Notes: generated by a model from the sequence alone, not told the origin. A stretch of 64,000 bases of DNA from an uncultured Gammaproteobacteria bacterium (GCA_963711255.1 CAVQDO010000011.1:59051-123050); one strand, 5' to 3'; shown: positions 50,288-61,864, counted from the stretch's first letter. Made by a program: numbers and translations.

Positions 50288-52260
50288 ATGCAGTATTCAA
50301 ATTTTACCTGGCGTGATGCACAGCCATTCAGTGAAACCTTCGATGATATCTATTATTCGTCAAATGCCGACGAGAGTGTTTCCGGCGAAGGTGAGTTTCT
50401 GCATGTTTTTTTTAAAAATAACGGACTGCCGCATCGCTGGCAGGAAAATCGTGACTTTGTTATTGCCGAACTTGGCCTGGGCAGTACCTTAAACTGCCTG
50501 TTAACAATACAGCAGTGGCTGGCTCACCTTGAAGAAAGTCAGCATGATAAATGCCTGCATTACATCGCTGTAGAAAAGTACCCGTTGTCGCCGCAGGCAA
50601 TTGTCGAACTTCTGTCACGTTATTCAATGCTGCAGGGCTACTGCAAGGAGCTTGTCGATAATTATCCTCCTGCTGTAGAAGGTTCACACAGCCGTCTACT
50701 GTTTAATGGTCGAGTGCATATTCATTTTAAGTTTATGGATGCGTTTGATGCATTAAAAGATGAACAGCTGAATGTTGATGCATGGTATCTCGATGGTTTT
50801 TCACCGGCAAAGAATTCTGATATGTGGTCGGCTGAGCTGTTTCAGAAAGTTGCTCAGAACAGTCATAAGGGAACCACCTGCAGCACTTATACCTCGGCAG
50901 GTTTTGTAAAACGAAATCTGCAGCAAAGCGGGTTTAGCGTGAAAAAAGTGACCGGGCATGGTAACAAGCGTGAAATGCTGACTGCAGAACTGGATCAGGA
51001 GCCTGTGGCGGATTATCGTTTTGCGGATAAGCCCTGGTACTGCTCTACCATTGAAACAACAGCAGGCATCACCGCAGGTTACTATTATCGGCGCCGGTAT
51101 TGCCGGCCTCAGCGTGGCTTATGCAATGGCGAAAAGAGGCTGCTCAGTAACTGTGATAGATCGTAACAGCGAGGTGGCTAAGCAGACATCAGCAAACCCG
51201 TGTGCCATCGTTTATCCTCGTTTATCGGTTGATAATGATGTTGATACTGAATTTTACACCGCGGCTTACTGTTATAGCCTGTATCAGCTGGCGGCATTAC
51301 AGAAAAAACAGCCGGATAAATTCTGGTTTGATGACGGCCTGTTACAGCTGATGGACAGGAAAAGGGCCGGACAGATTCTCGATAAATATACCTTTAATGA
51401 TGATTTTGTTTCGCAGCTTAATAGCTTTTACTGCTGATGATTTTATGCCGCATGAAAAACTTGTCGACGCTAACGTTTTTCTTGATTTTAAAAAAGCAGG
51501 TGTTGTGCTGCCGCCAGTATTATGTGAAGTGTTGAAGCGTGAGTGTGCTGATCATCTGACGATAAAACAGGCATCGGTGGATGCCATTAAAAACACTGAA
51601 GGCAAGTGGCATTGTTATTCTGGCAATGACCTGGTTGATGTCTCTGCGCTTCTTGTTATTGCCAATGGCGTAGACGTTAACTCACTTGGCCTGGACCTTG
51701 AGTTTCCGTTAGAAAAAGTCAGAGGGCAGGTTGCTGTTTTAAATGAAACCGGGCCAACGAAAGTTATTGCTAAAACAGTTAATGCGGGCAAGTACATAAC
51801 ACCGTCTATAGCGGGTAAGCATTATATCGGTGCAACTTACCACCGTGGGGATAGTTCTTTGCTCGCCTTAGATGCGGATAAGGTGGAATTGTTAGCTGCA
51901 GCAGAAAAAACTTTCCCGGGAGAATTTTCTGCAAATAGTTATTCAACTGCCTGGGTGGGTATACGTTCGATGTCAAAGGATCGTGTTCCAGTAGTAGGTC
52001 CTGTTCCGGATATAACTTTTTATAAGCGGGAGTACCGGGATATTTGCCACGGCAATAATAATAAAGTTTATCAACCCGCGCAGTACCTGGATGGGCTTTA
52101 TGTTTCTGCTGCACATGGTTCACGCGGTTTTAGCAGCTGTTTTTTATCGGCAGAAATTATCGCTGCACAGATTAGAGGAGAGCCATTACCGGTTAGTAAA
52201 AAGGTCGCCGATTATCTGAGTCCATCACGGTTTATTGTGAACGACCTTAAGCGAAGCTGA
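50288..52260 (+). CDS. mnmC: Bifunctional tRNA mnm5s2U34 methyltransferase/oxidoreductase, apparent frameshifts at ~51045 and ~51428
   Basis: FDDIYYS, DAWYLDGFSPAKN, KREML; IIGAGIAG; VRGQV; HGSRG...SPSRF, spread across three ORFs. Confidence 0.93.
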
Positions 52261-55200
52261 GCTTTCATCTTTATTGAAGGTAAGTACTTTTTCTAATGGT
52301 TTGGGCTGTTCTATGCCGTAACCCTGTGCGAAGTCAACTTTTATGTCCCGCAGTTTTTTAATGATCTGATCATTTTCAACATACTCAGCAATCGTTGCTA
52401 TGCCCATGTTATGGCCGACTTCATTAATAGCCGCAACCATTGCCTGGTCTATATTATTGTTAACCATGTCAGCGACAAAGCTGCCGTCTATTTTCAGGTA
52501 GTCAACAGACAGGTTCTTCAGGTACTGGAAGGATGACAGGCCGCTTCCAAAATCATCGAGTGCAAATTTAAAGCCAACGGCTTTTAAATCCTTTATAAGT
52601 TTTTTAGCCTGTTGCAGGTTTTTGATGGCAGCTGTTTCTGTTATCTCAAAACATATGGTTTTAGTATCAATTTCATACCGGTTAGCCATCGATTTAATAT
52701 CATCAACAATCGTTTTATCTGTTAACGTGTTGCCAGACAGGTTAATGGAAAAGTGTGTATTATCTCCATCGTTTTCCGAGTACTTTCGGATAAATGCAAA
52801 TGTTTCCTTAATGATTTTCCTGTCCAGTAAATGCATCAGATTATATCGTTCAGCAGCAGGAATAAAGGCGTCTGGTGTGATTAACTGGTTATCTTCGTCA
52901 AGCAGTCGTACCAGTATCTCAACGTGTCCGTTTAAATGCTTCAGGTTGTTTAAAGGCACGATTGGTTGTGCATACAGGCATAATCGATTGGTTTCAATGG
53001 CATCACGTATTCTTGTTGCCCAATAGGATTCTTCCTGGCGTCGAATTAGTTCACTATCCTGCTCTTCGTAGACATATACCCGGTTGCGACCCTGATCTTT
53101 TGCCGTGTAACAGGCGAGGTCGGCTTTCCTGATAGCATTTGCAGTGTCCTGTGAACTTTTGTTAAGTGGGTTTATGCCTATGCTGATGCCAAGTTTGTAG
53201 TCGCATTTTTCCCAGCGAAATTTCATGTTTGAAATTGTATCAATGATCTTGTTGGCGATTTTAATGGCTACTTCCTGTGAGCAGTTTTTCAGTATCAGGC
53301 CAAATTCATCACCACTAAGGCGGCTTAAAACATCGTCGCCGCGGATACATTTTTTTATCAGGGCGGTGACTTCAATCAGGCACTGGTCGCCTGCGCTGTG
53401 GCCTGCGGTATCATTGATTAGTTTGAAGCGGTCAAGGTCCATATAGAATAGTATATGGCTACGATTGCTGTTGCTGGCATCGTAAATGTGATCCGATACT
53501 TCCATGTTGAAAGCGTCACGGTTTAACAGGTCTGTTAATGGGTCATGTGCAGCCTGATGAATAATGGTTTTTTCAAGATGGCGACGCTGGGTTTCATCAT
53601 GAAACACGATAACTACGCCTTCGGCATAGCCCGAAGTGTTGAGTATTGGAGAAATAGAGCTTTCAATATCTTTTTTGTTGCCGTTTTTACTGACCAGGCT
53701 CAAAATACTTTTATTGATAGTAATGCTGTCATCAAGGCAGGACTTAACGACATCATGAATCGGTTCTCCGGTATCAAGGTCTTCAATTCTAAATACATCC
53801 TGCACAGGCTTGTTCTTGGCTTTATTCAGTGGCCAAGCAGTTAATGATTCTGCGACATGGTTCATGTACTCAATTTCACCATTAGTATTAGTGGTGATTA
53901 CAGCGTCACCAATTGAATGCAGTGTTACTTCGGCACGTTCACGTTCCGACTTGATAACATTAACCAGTTGCATATTGATGATAGCCATTTGTACACTTTG
54001 GCTGAACTGGGTTAACAGTTGTTCATCAATACTGTCGAAATCATTTTGTGCTCTGAAAACCGCGATAGCGCCGTAGGGTTTGTCGTTCAATGTTACCGGC
54101 GTAATTAATGTTGACTTGATATCAAGGTTAATCGGTAATGATTTTTTCGCGCGTGAGTCTGATAAAACGTCGTTAATTAATAATGTTTTATTATTGTTGA
54201 TCGTTCGGATGCAGGGGCCGCCATCTTCGACATCAAGAGTCAGGTGTTCCAGTTTTTCACTCTTGTTCCCGCTTGCTGATAAAAAACTGTAAGTGCGCTG
54301 GTTTTCATTAATGACAGGAAAGGCGGCAAGCTCGGTTTTTGTGATCTCCTGCGCTGCACGACAGATATTTTTAAAGAAAGCATCCTTGTTGTATCCCTCG
54401 GTGATTAAGCGGGCTATCCAGTTATCAATGAGCAGTAAACCTTGTTTGTAGCGTTCGTTGTTATTAATTTCTATCTGGTATTCCAGCTCGATGATGGCAC
54501 GTGATGTGGCAATGGTCAGAATGTTTTCCGCCAGGTTTGTGTCTGCGACAGGTGATTTGCTGGCTATGGCTATTAAACCAAGGACGTTTTCCTTTTTATC
54601 AATCAGGCTAATTCCAATATAACTCACCGCCTCAGCAAACAACTTTTCATTATCATTAGGGAAGTAGTAGGACAGGTCACTATTGTGTACCAGTCGCCCG
54701 TTTTTTATTACTTCTTCACAAGGGGTGTTTGCCAGCTGGTACTTTATATTGCTGCTGAATATGCCGTGATCGAGCATGCCCAGTATCTGGGCGCTGCGTC
54801 CCGATGGGTTAATTTTGCTGATATAGGCATATTCAACCTCCAGCGCATTACATAAGGCGTTTAACAGGTAAAGGATGCGGTCTTCATTGTTGCTTCTGTT
54901 GCCATTTTTATCAATGTCTACCAGCTGGTAGAGGGCTTTCTCGGTTTTCTTTCTTAGCAATACTTCATCATTCAGCCTGGCGTTGCTGGTTTTAAGTTCG
55001 TCTTCATTTTTTCGCAACGAAAGGAAAATATATAGAATGTAAAATATCAGGTAAATAGTGCACAGGAATAACAGGATATTAAAGATCTGCGCATTGCTAT
55101 TCTGATTCTCGCGTAAAGCGGTGACTTCTTCTTTTAACAGGATTATCTGGTTCTCGATATTCAAAGAATTGAAGTGCGATAATATTTCATCAATTTCCGG

Positions 55201-55806
55201 CAGGCGCTCGACTATCATTAAGCTGTGATTGATAAGCGCTTTTGTATCGATGTCAGGATTCTGGTTTAATGTGTCTACCAGCGGATATATTCTGTTGGCA
55301 ATATTATTTTCCGGGCTTTCGTTATATTCGAGTAACAGGGTAAGAAGCTCAGCGGTAATACGTAATTGCTTTTTAGATTGTGATTTTGGTTTTATTGAGT
55401 ATAAATCAGTGCCAACTTTGTAAATATATATCAGGGAATTACGCAGTATAGAGTGATGTGTTTTAAAGTCTTCTACCAGGATAGATTCATGTTTGATCAG
55501 GTTCTTAAGGCGATTGATGGCATCGTCACCAATTTCTTGCTGAACGATCTGACTACTGCTGAGTGATGTAATGTTTTCATCAAGTGATTGCAGCGTTTTG
55601 TTTAACGAGTCGTACTGCTGGATCTGGTTGCTTCTGAAACGTAGCAGGTCGCGATGAAGCTGAACCTGTAGATCCTGCAGTTCGTCAAAGTTTGCGAGTG
55701 TTTCATTAAGCGGCAGATCTCTGAATATAGTTTTATAAAAAAAGAAACTGATCACAGAGATCAGAAGTATAAAGCCAATCCAGTAATTGATACGTCCTTT
55801 AATCAT
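52225..55806 (-). CDS. DAHL-GAF-GAF-PAS-GGDEF-EAL signalling protein
   Basis: TM-flanked helical periplasmic domain (QYDSL, VEDFKTHHSILRNSL), NTPCEEV GAF, TLHSIGDAVITT PAS, SGDEF, EILVRL, DDFGSG. Confidence 0.9.
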   Translation of the reverse strand: MIKGRINYWIGFILLISVISFFFYKTIFRDLPLNETLANFDELQDLQVQLHRDLLRFRSNQIQQYDSLNKTLQSLDENITSLSSSQIVQQEIGDDAINRLKNLIKHESILVEDFKTHHSILRNSLIYIYKVGTDLYSIKPKSQSKKQLRITAELLTLLLEYNESPENNIANRIYPLVDTLNQNPDIDTKALINHSLMIVERLPEIDEILSHFNSLNIENQIILLKEEVTALRENQNSNAQIFNILLFLCTIYLIFYILYIFLSLRKNEDELKTSNARLNDEVLLRKKTEKALYQLVDIDKNGNRSNNEDRILYLLNALCNALEVEYAYISKINPSGRSAQILGMLDHGIFSSNIKYQLANTPCEEVIKNGRLVHNSDLSYYFPNDNEKLFAEAVSYIGISLIDKKENVLGLIAIASKSPVADTNLAENILTIATSRAIIELEYQIEINNNERYKQGLLLIDNWIARLITEGYNKDAFFKNICRAAQEITKTELAAFPVINENQRTYSFLSASGNKSEKLEHLTLDVEDGGPCIRTINNNKTLLINDVLSDSRAKKSLPINLDIKSTLITPVTLNDKPYGAIAVFRAQNDFDSIDEQLLTQFSQSVQMAIINMQLVNVIKSERERAEVTLHSIGDAVITTNTNGEIEYMNHVAESLTAWPLNKAKNKPVQDVFRIEDLDTGEPIHDVVKSCLDDSITINKSILSLVSKNGNKKDIESSISPILNTSGYAEGVVIVFHDETQRRHLEKTIIHQAAHDPLTDLLNRDAFNMEVSDHIYDASNSNRSHILFYMDLDRFKLINDTAGHSAGDQCLIEVTALIKKCIRGDDVLSRLSGDEFGLILKNCSQEVAIKIANKIIDTISNMKFRWEKCDYKLGISIGINPLNKSSQDTANAIRKADLACYTAKDQGRNRVYVYEEQDSELIRRQEESYWATRIRDAIETNRLCLYAQPIVPLNNLKHLNGHVEILVRLLDEDNQLITPDAFIPAAERYNLMHLLDRKIIKETFAFIRKYSENDGDNTHFSINLSGNTLTDKTIVDDIKSMANRYEIDTKTICFEITETAAIKNLQQAKKLIKDLKAVGFKFALDDFGSGLSSFQYLKNLSVDYLKIDGSFVADMVNNNIDQAMVAAINEVGHNMGIATIAEYVENDQIIKKLRDIKVDFAQGYGIEQPKPLEKVLTFNKDESSASLKVVHNKP

Positions 55807-56812
55807 AGTGTTGTGCGTCCAGCATTTTGCCTTTGTATTCACCGGTCAATGTCATGAGAAAGGCCTTTATTAGAATGATCTCTTCAACTTTTAATTCCCG
55901 GCTTAACTGTGTTTTGCCCATGACTGCAATTGCCTGTTCGATTGTTTCGGCGCTGCCATCATGAAAGTAGGGGGAAGTGACTGCAATGTTTCGTAAAGAT
56001 GGTACTTTAAATACGTGTTCGTCCATTGCTCGTCGGCTGACATTTATTCTACCAAGGTCAGCTTTCGTTAACTCTCCCTGTTCTGCCAGGTAATCATAAA
56101 ATACACCAAATTTCTGGTATAGATTACCACCAATGTTTATCCCCTGGTGGCATGATATGCATCCGAGTTCTTTAAATAGAGTGTAACCTTTAATTTCTTC
56201 GTTCGACAACACATCCTTTTCATAACGAAGATAGCGGTCAAAGCGAGAATTTGGTGTAATCAGTGTTTTCTCGTATTCGACAAGCGCATCAATTATATTT
56301 TGCTTTGTCAGGCCGTCCAGGTACAGTGCCGTAAAGCGGTCTCTTAATGCCGCGTCTTTCTTTAATTCTGTCACTGCTTGCTGCCAGCTGCTGTTAAACT
56401 GGTGCTGGTCTGTCATCAATGAATCTATCTGCTCATAGAGTGATCTTGCAGAGCCGTCCCAGTTTTGCCGGAAGTTAAATGCTGCGTTAAAAATACCGGG
56501 TGTGTTGATTATGTTTTTTTCCGATGATATGGATAATCCCATAGCAACGTTGTCATCACCGCCATTTTCAAGCTGGTGACAATGTGCACATGAAAGTGTA
56601 TTGTTTTCAGACAAACGAGTGTCCTTAAACAGGCTTTCACCCAGCTTAGCCCGGTCTGTATTTACTTCGATAGTTAACGGTAATGGGTATATAGCCTCCT
56701 GGCGTATATATTCGTGATTATCTTCCTGTTCAACCTCAGCTGATAATGTTGCTGATACTGTAACAAAGAAAAAACTCAGGAATAGGGTATATGTGGCTTT
56801 AATGGATAACAT
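55799..56812 (-). CDS. Diheme cytochrome c peroxidase-like (CCP/MauG family) protein
   Basis: CAHCH and CISCH heme motifs, NWDGSA, FKVPSLRNIAVTSPYFHDGS. Confidence 0.92.
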   Translation of the reverse strand: MLSIKATYTLFLSFFFVTVSATLSAEVEQEDNHEYIRQEAIYPLPLTIEVNTDRAKLGESLFKDTRLSENNTLSCAHCHQLENGGDDNVAMGLSISSEKNIINTPGIFNAAFNFRQNWDGSARSLYEQIDSLMTDQHQFNSSWQQAVTELKKDAALRDRFTALYLDGLTKQNIIDALVEYEKTLITPNSRFDRYLRYEKDVLSNEEIKGYTLFKELGCISCHQGINIGGNLYQKFGVFYDYLAEQGELTKADLGRINVSRRAMDEHVFKVPSLRNIAVTSPYFHDGSAETIEQAIAVMGKTQLSRELKVEEIILIKAFLMTLTGEYKGKMLDAQHYD

Positions 56813-56895
56813 TCTTCTATGAATCGCTGTAAAATCCCAGTTAGTGGATGTAAAAAATAACACCTTGAATTCTAGTCAATATATGGGAAAAAAAC

Positions 56896-57651
56896 ATGAT
56901 AAAGACACTAGTGAACACGCTATTTTTTGTGTTTTTAGTGACTTCTGGAATTTGTCCAGTATTTGCAGCCTGTGAGGATGCGGCAAATCCGGAAGTAAAC
57001 TGGGCAGGTTGTGATCTTTCCGGTAAAGACTTTAAAAACAAAGACTTAACTGGTGCGATATTGAGCAGAGGAAATTTTAGCAATGCGGACTTTTCGGGGG
57101 CAATTCTGGAAAATGTGGAATTTAACTTTTCCACTCTCGAGAATGCGCGCTTTGATGGTGCCAGAATGGCCAATTCACGTTTTCTTGCAGTAAAAGCAAA
57201 AGGTGCAAGCTTTAAAAATGCAGAGCTGGAACACGCCCGCTTTAGCCGTGCCATTCTTAATAACAGTAATTTTAATGGGGCCAAAGCTAATAATTCTAAT
57301 TTTTATGATGCCAGGCTGGAATCGGCCTTATTTATTGAGACCCGGCTCATGAAAGCGGATTTTGAACGCAGCCGCCTGACTGCTGCCAGCTTTGAGCAGG
57401 CAAAACTGCAGCACGCTAACTTTACGGAAGCGCGTTTGCATAGAACAAATTTTAACAAGGCCGATATGACGAAAGCTAAGCTTGACGAGTCGGATTGCAG
57501 AAATGCCGATTTCACGGAAGCCAATTTAACCAAGGCTTCATTTCGTCAGGCAGAAATTGAACAATCTGTTTTTACGGGAGCTATTTTGAGTGACACCACC
57601 TGGTCAGACTACAAACGATGCCGAGCCAGCTCAATAGGGGAGTGTCGTTGA
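56896..57651 (+). CDS. Exported pentapeptide-repeat protein
   Basis: Signal peptide; A(D/N)(L/F)xx repeats; Cys-capped ends (NWAGCD, CRASSIGEC). Confidence 0.93.
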   Translation: MIKTLVNTLFFVFLVTSGICPVFAACEDAANPEVNWAGCDLSGKDFKNKDLTGAILSRGNFSNADFSGAILENVEFNFSTLENARFDGARMANSRFLAVKAKGASFKNAELEHARFSRAILNNSNFNGAKANNSNFYDARLESALFIETRLMKADFERSRLTAASFEQAKLQHANFTEARLHRTNFNKADMTKAKLDESDCRNADFTEANLTKASFRQAEIEQSVFTGAILSDTTWSDYKRCRASSIGECR

Positions 57652-57879
57652 GCAACTATATCATTTGACCTGGGTATACTGTTTCAGTTAAGCAGTCACG
57701 AGATGATGCAAAGCAACTTCTCTGCAGCAATGGATATTTTGTTAAAGATTATTAAACTCGATTATACATGGCGAAATGGCATAGCCAGTTTATGTATGCG
57801 CGGCCTGTTTATTATGCTGGGTAAGGATAATCCGGTTGTTATCGAATACCGCCAGAAACTTATTGATCAACAATCTTAA
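57652..57879 (+). pseudogene. 3' remnant of a thioredoxin-TPR (YbbN/CnoX-like) gene
   Basis: Manual translation DLGILFQL...AAMDILLKIIKLDYTWRNGIA...LFIMLGKDNPVVIEYRQKL* fits the YbbN C-terminal TPR pattern; the 5' part is missing. Confidence 0.6.
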
Positions 57880-57884
57880 AAACC

Positions 57885-58280
57885 ATGAAACCACTGGAAT
57901 TTTTAGCCGAAATGGCGGAAACAGCTAACGATCTTGATTTTGACGCGCACATGAACCTGATTTCAAAAGATGTCAGTGTCTATGGTGTGCCTGATTTTGA
58001 AGTTATCACCTATGACGACTGGTTCAGACAGTGCAAGCATGAGTTTGAAAATAAACTGCTGAAGAAAGTCAGTTATCAAGGCTTGAGCGTGCTTGCAGAA
58101 ACCCCCGAGCGCATTATGTTCAAGTCAATAGAAACCATTGAAGGCAGTGATGGCAGCAGTAATACCAGCGGTGTAGAGTTCATTATTCAAAAAGAAGACG
58201 ATGGGCAATGGCGTGTTGGACAGGAACGCATATTGCCTGAAGACGAACTGGAAAGTGACCTGCGCCGCGGTGCGTTGTAA
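57885..58280 (+). CDS. NTF2/SnoaL-like hypothetical protein
   Basis: DFDAHMNLISK...IIQKEDDGQWRVGQER. Confidence 0.75.
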   Translation: MKPLEFLAEMAETANDLDFDAHMNLISKDVSVYGVPDFEVITYDDWFRQCKHEFENKLLKKVSYQGLSVLAETPERIMFKSIETIEGSDGSSNTSGVEFIIQKEDDGQWRVGQERILPEDELESDLRRGAL

Positions 58281-58365
58281 TAGTATTTCACACTTAATAT
58301 GTAAATTGCAAGATGCTTATGTTATAAATAACACAATTCTATAAAGGTATTAACACGGGGGCGAA

Positions 58366-59283
58366 TTGAATTTAATACGCAATGCTAGCCAGGGACATTT
58401 TTCACTGGTACGCCCCCTGTTGCTGGCCTTATTTGTTGCCATGCTCGTCGCCTGTGATAACCGGTCGACTACTGGTGAACCACTCCCCGATGTCTTGAGA
58501 ATTGGTATTTTGCCTGACGACAGTGAGCAGGCTTTACGCGAACGCCATACCCCGCTATTTGATTACCTGTCTCAGGAACTCTCGCTCACTTACAAATTTG
58601 TAATCCCGGAAAGTTATGCTGACTTGCTGGAGCGGTTTACCAGGGGGGAAATCGATCTTGCATATTTTGGTGGGCTTACTTTTGTCAAAGCTCAGCAGAT
58701 GACAGGTGCCATCCCGATTGTCATGCGCGACATCGACACACGGTTCACCAGTTACTTAATTACAAATAAAAAACATGCCGGTGAAAATCTAAACGATTTT
58801 AAAAGTAAGACCTTAAGTTTTGGCTCCAAACTTTCTACATCCGGCCATCTGATGCCGCGTCATTTTCTAACAAAAAAAATCGGTAAACCAGAAACTTTTT
58901 TCGGTCAGATACTTTATTCTGGATCACACGATGCAACGGTGAAAAACGTTAAAGATGATATCGCGGCTATTGGTGCGGTAAATGCCAATATCCTCGATAC
59001 CATGTATAAAAACGGTAAAATAACACGCAATGATATTCGCATTATCAGCGAGACCCCACCCTATCCGAACTATGTCTGGGCCGTCCCGGCGCGCATCAAT
59101 CAATCTGGCAGATTCAAGTTACGTAACGCTTTTTTATCTTTATTACCAACAAATGAAAGACACGCCGCAATATTACAAAGCGCTGGTGCAAATGGTTTTC
59201 TTCCTGCGTCAAATAGTGAATTTTCTCCTCTACTTGAAATAGTGAAAGAATCAGGTTTGCTCCAAACGAGTACTGATAATTAA
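58366..59283 (+). CDS. PhnD-like substrate-binding lipoprotein
   Basis: Lipobox LVAC, DLAYFGGLTFV, STSGHLMP, SGSHDA. Confidence 0.88.
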   Translation: MNLIRNASQGHFSLVRPLLLALFVAMLVACDNRSTTGEPLPDVLRIGILPDDSEQALRERHTPLFDYLSQELSLTYKFVIPESYADLLERFTRGEIDLAYFGGLTFVKAQQMTGAIPIVMRDIDTRFTSYLITNKKHAGENLNDFKSKTLSFGSKLSTSGHLMPRHFLTKKIGKPETFFGQILYSGSHDATVKNVKDDIAAIGAVNANILDTMYKNGKITRNDIRIISETPPYPNYVWAVPARINQSGRFKLRNAFLSLLPTNERHAAILQSAGANGFLPASNSEFSPLLEIVKESGLLQTSTDN

Positions 59284-59288
59284 AAATA

Positions 59289-61864
59289 ATGTTTAATTCA
59301 GACACGCACCAGATTGTCAAACAAGTTCAGGCGCTTGTCGCCATATTACTCTTCTCAGCACTTTTCGCACTAGCCCTGATTATATGGAACACCTACGAAG
59401 CGGAAAAAATCAGTGATATAACCAGCAACTACCATACCGCCTCTTCACAGAATATCCGTTCCATCAGAAATGCCATTCTCACTATCAAATATAACCTGAA
59501 AGTATTACCAGATAACATGTACATCGAACTTGCTCATGATCATGATGACGATACTGATGGACTGCACGATATCACCGGATCTCTATATATTGTTAAACAA
59601 AATGCAGAATCATTTCATGCCAGCCATAAGAAGTATCAGCACAAGGACTTTGATGCACTCGTTACACAGCTAAAAACACATTTAAATCCAGTAATAGAAG
59701 TAATTGACAATAATATAGTAGATCATCACCAGCGGCTTCATAACAACAAAATAAAAACAATCCTGTTAATACTGGATCAAATCGACAGACTTCATGTGTT
59801 TGCCAATCAGGAAATGCTACAACGAGAATCGAAAAATGCTCGTACACGCAGCATGACTTTGTTTACCCTGATTTCTATTGCTACATTGTTTATGTTTGTC
59901 ATCACCAGACGAACATTCACCTCTATCAGGGACATACTCGATCAGCAAAAGCATACAGAAAGAACGCTCAGACAGGAAAAAGAGCTTATACATACAACAT
60001 TATTGTCTATCGGTGATGCAGTCATAACCACAAATAAAAGCGGACTGGTCACCAACCTGAATCCGGTTGCCGAACAATTAACTGGCTGGACAAGCACCGA
60101 AGCACAGGGAAAAACAGTCAAAAAAGTCTTTCCTATCTTCAATGCCAGTACACGAGAACCTATCGAAAATCCAGTAGAAAAAGTAATACAGACAGGTGAA
60201 ACTGTCTATCTCAGCAACCACACTACACTGCGCTCGAAAGATGGGACTGAGTACCAGATTGCAGATTCAGCAGCGCCGATTGTGAACAACAATGAAATAA
60301 TGGGTATGGTGCTAGTATTTAATGATGTCACAGAGCAATACCGGTTACGTGCCTCTGTCAATGAATCAAAACGCGATATGCAGGCTGTTATGGATAACAC
60401 ACCTGCCGTTGTCTACATAAAAGACGTCAAAGGCCGCTACCGATACATCAATAAAAAATTTGAAACTCTGTTTCACGTGCATACTGACGATATCATTGAT
60501 AAAACGGACTACGATATTTTTCCTGATGAGATAGCCAATATGTTTCAGAAGAATGACAAAGAAGTCATCGCTTTAAAGCAAACCATTGTACGCGAAGATA
60601 CCGCGCCACATGATGACGGTCCACATACCTATAACTCAATAAAATATCCATTGCTGCGTGAAGATGGGACAGTTTACGCAATCTGCGGTATCTCAACTGA
60701 TATCACAAAAAGCAAGAAACAGGATGAAATTATCCGTCGCAGTCAAAAAATGGATGCCTTAGGAAAACTTGTTGGAGGAGTTGCTCACGATTATAACAAT
60801 ATGCTCGGTGTCATCCTTGGTTACGCCAACTTGCTTGATAGCATGCAAGATGATGACACCAAACAAAAAAAATATATCGATCGGATTCTTCACGCAGCCG
60901 AACGCGGTTCACAATTAACTAAACGATTATTATCTTTTTCCAGCACTAGCGCTGAAGATGCTCGCGCTCTTAACATTAATCAACTCATCACTGACATTAA
61001 AGGACTGCTGGAAAAAACCTTAACACCTAAAATTACTATAAAACTGGAATTAGATGAAGCCTTATGGTCAGTGCGGCTTGATCGTAATACCCTGGAAGAC
61101 ATCATCTTAAACTTGAGTATTAATGCGATGCATGCCATTAACGGTAATGGCACTTTAACATTACACACTGCTAATATATCTGTGGATAACTCAATCTAGA
61201 AAACACTTGCCTTTTATTGACAGAAAACGATTATGTTCTTCTGCGTGTCTCGGACACGGGTTGCGGTATGGATGACATCACTAAAGAAAAAATATTTGAC
61301 CCCTTCTTTACTACTAAAGGGGAGTTTGGTACCGGTTTAGGACTTAGCCAGGTATACGGTTATGTCCAGCAAAGTGGTGGCACTGTTACGGTTGATTCAG
61401 CGCCAGGAGAGGGCACACAATTCAACCTCTATTTCCCACGCTATACAGCAACAGAAATAACGAAAGAAGAGGCCATTACCGACAACATTAATAGCTTTAA
61501 TGGTAATGAAAACATCCTTCTGGTCGATGATGAAACAGCTCTGCTTGAATTAACATCTGAGGTTATCAGGAAACATGGTTACACGACATTTTGTGCAGCG
61601 AATGCTCATGAGGCCATGACAATTTTGAAAAACGAGCATGTCCACCTCATGTTGTCCGACATCATTATGCCCGAGATAGACGGTTACCAGCTGGCCGCCT
61701 TTGTACAGGAGAATTATCCTTCAGTAAAAATACAACTAGCCAGCGGCTTCAGTGATAATCGTCACCTTAAATTTACCAATAACACGCTACATGATAGCTT
61801 GCTAAACAAACCTTATGATATGGCTACTGTATTACAGCGTATACGAGAATTACTGGACGCTTAA
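59289..61864 (+). CDS. Hybrid PAS-PAS histidine kinase with receiver domain, apparent frameshift at ~61195
   Basis: GGVAHDYNN H-box, NLSINAMHA N-box; next frame DTGCGM, FFTTK, GTGLGL and receiver ILLVDDE...SDIIMP...KP. Confidence 0.9.

Noticed and set aside
52225-52260. 36-bp 3' overlap of convergent mnmC and the EAL gene
   Set aside because: Short convergent overlaps are common and no extra signal was seen.
57649-57651. Selenocysteine or stop read-through fusing the pentapeptide protein to the TPR segment
   Set aside because: CRASSIGEC looks like a natural C-terminal cap, no SECIS-like hairpin is evident, and an in-frame arrangement has a one-in-three chance.
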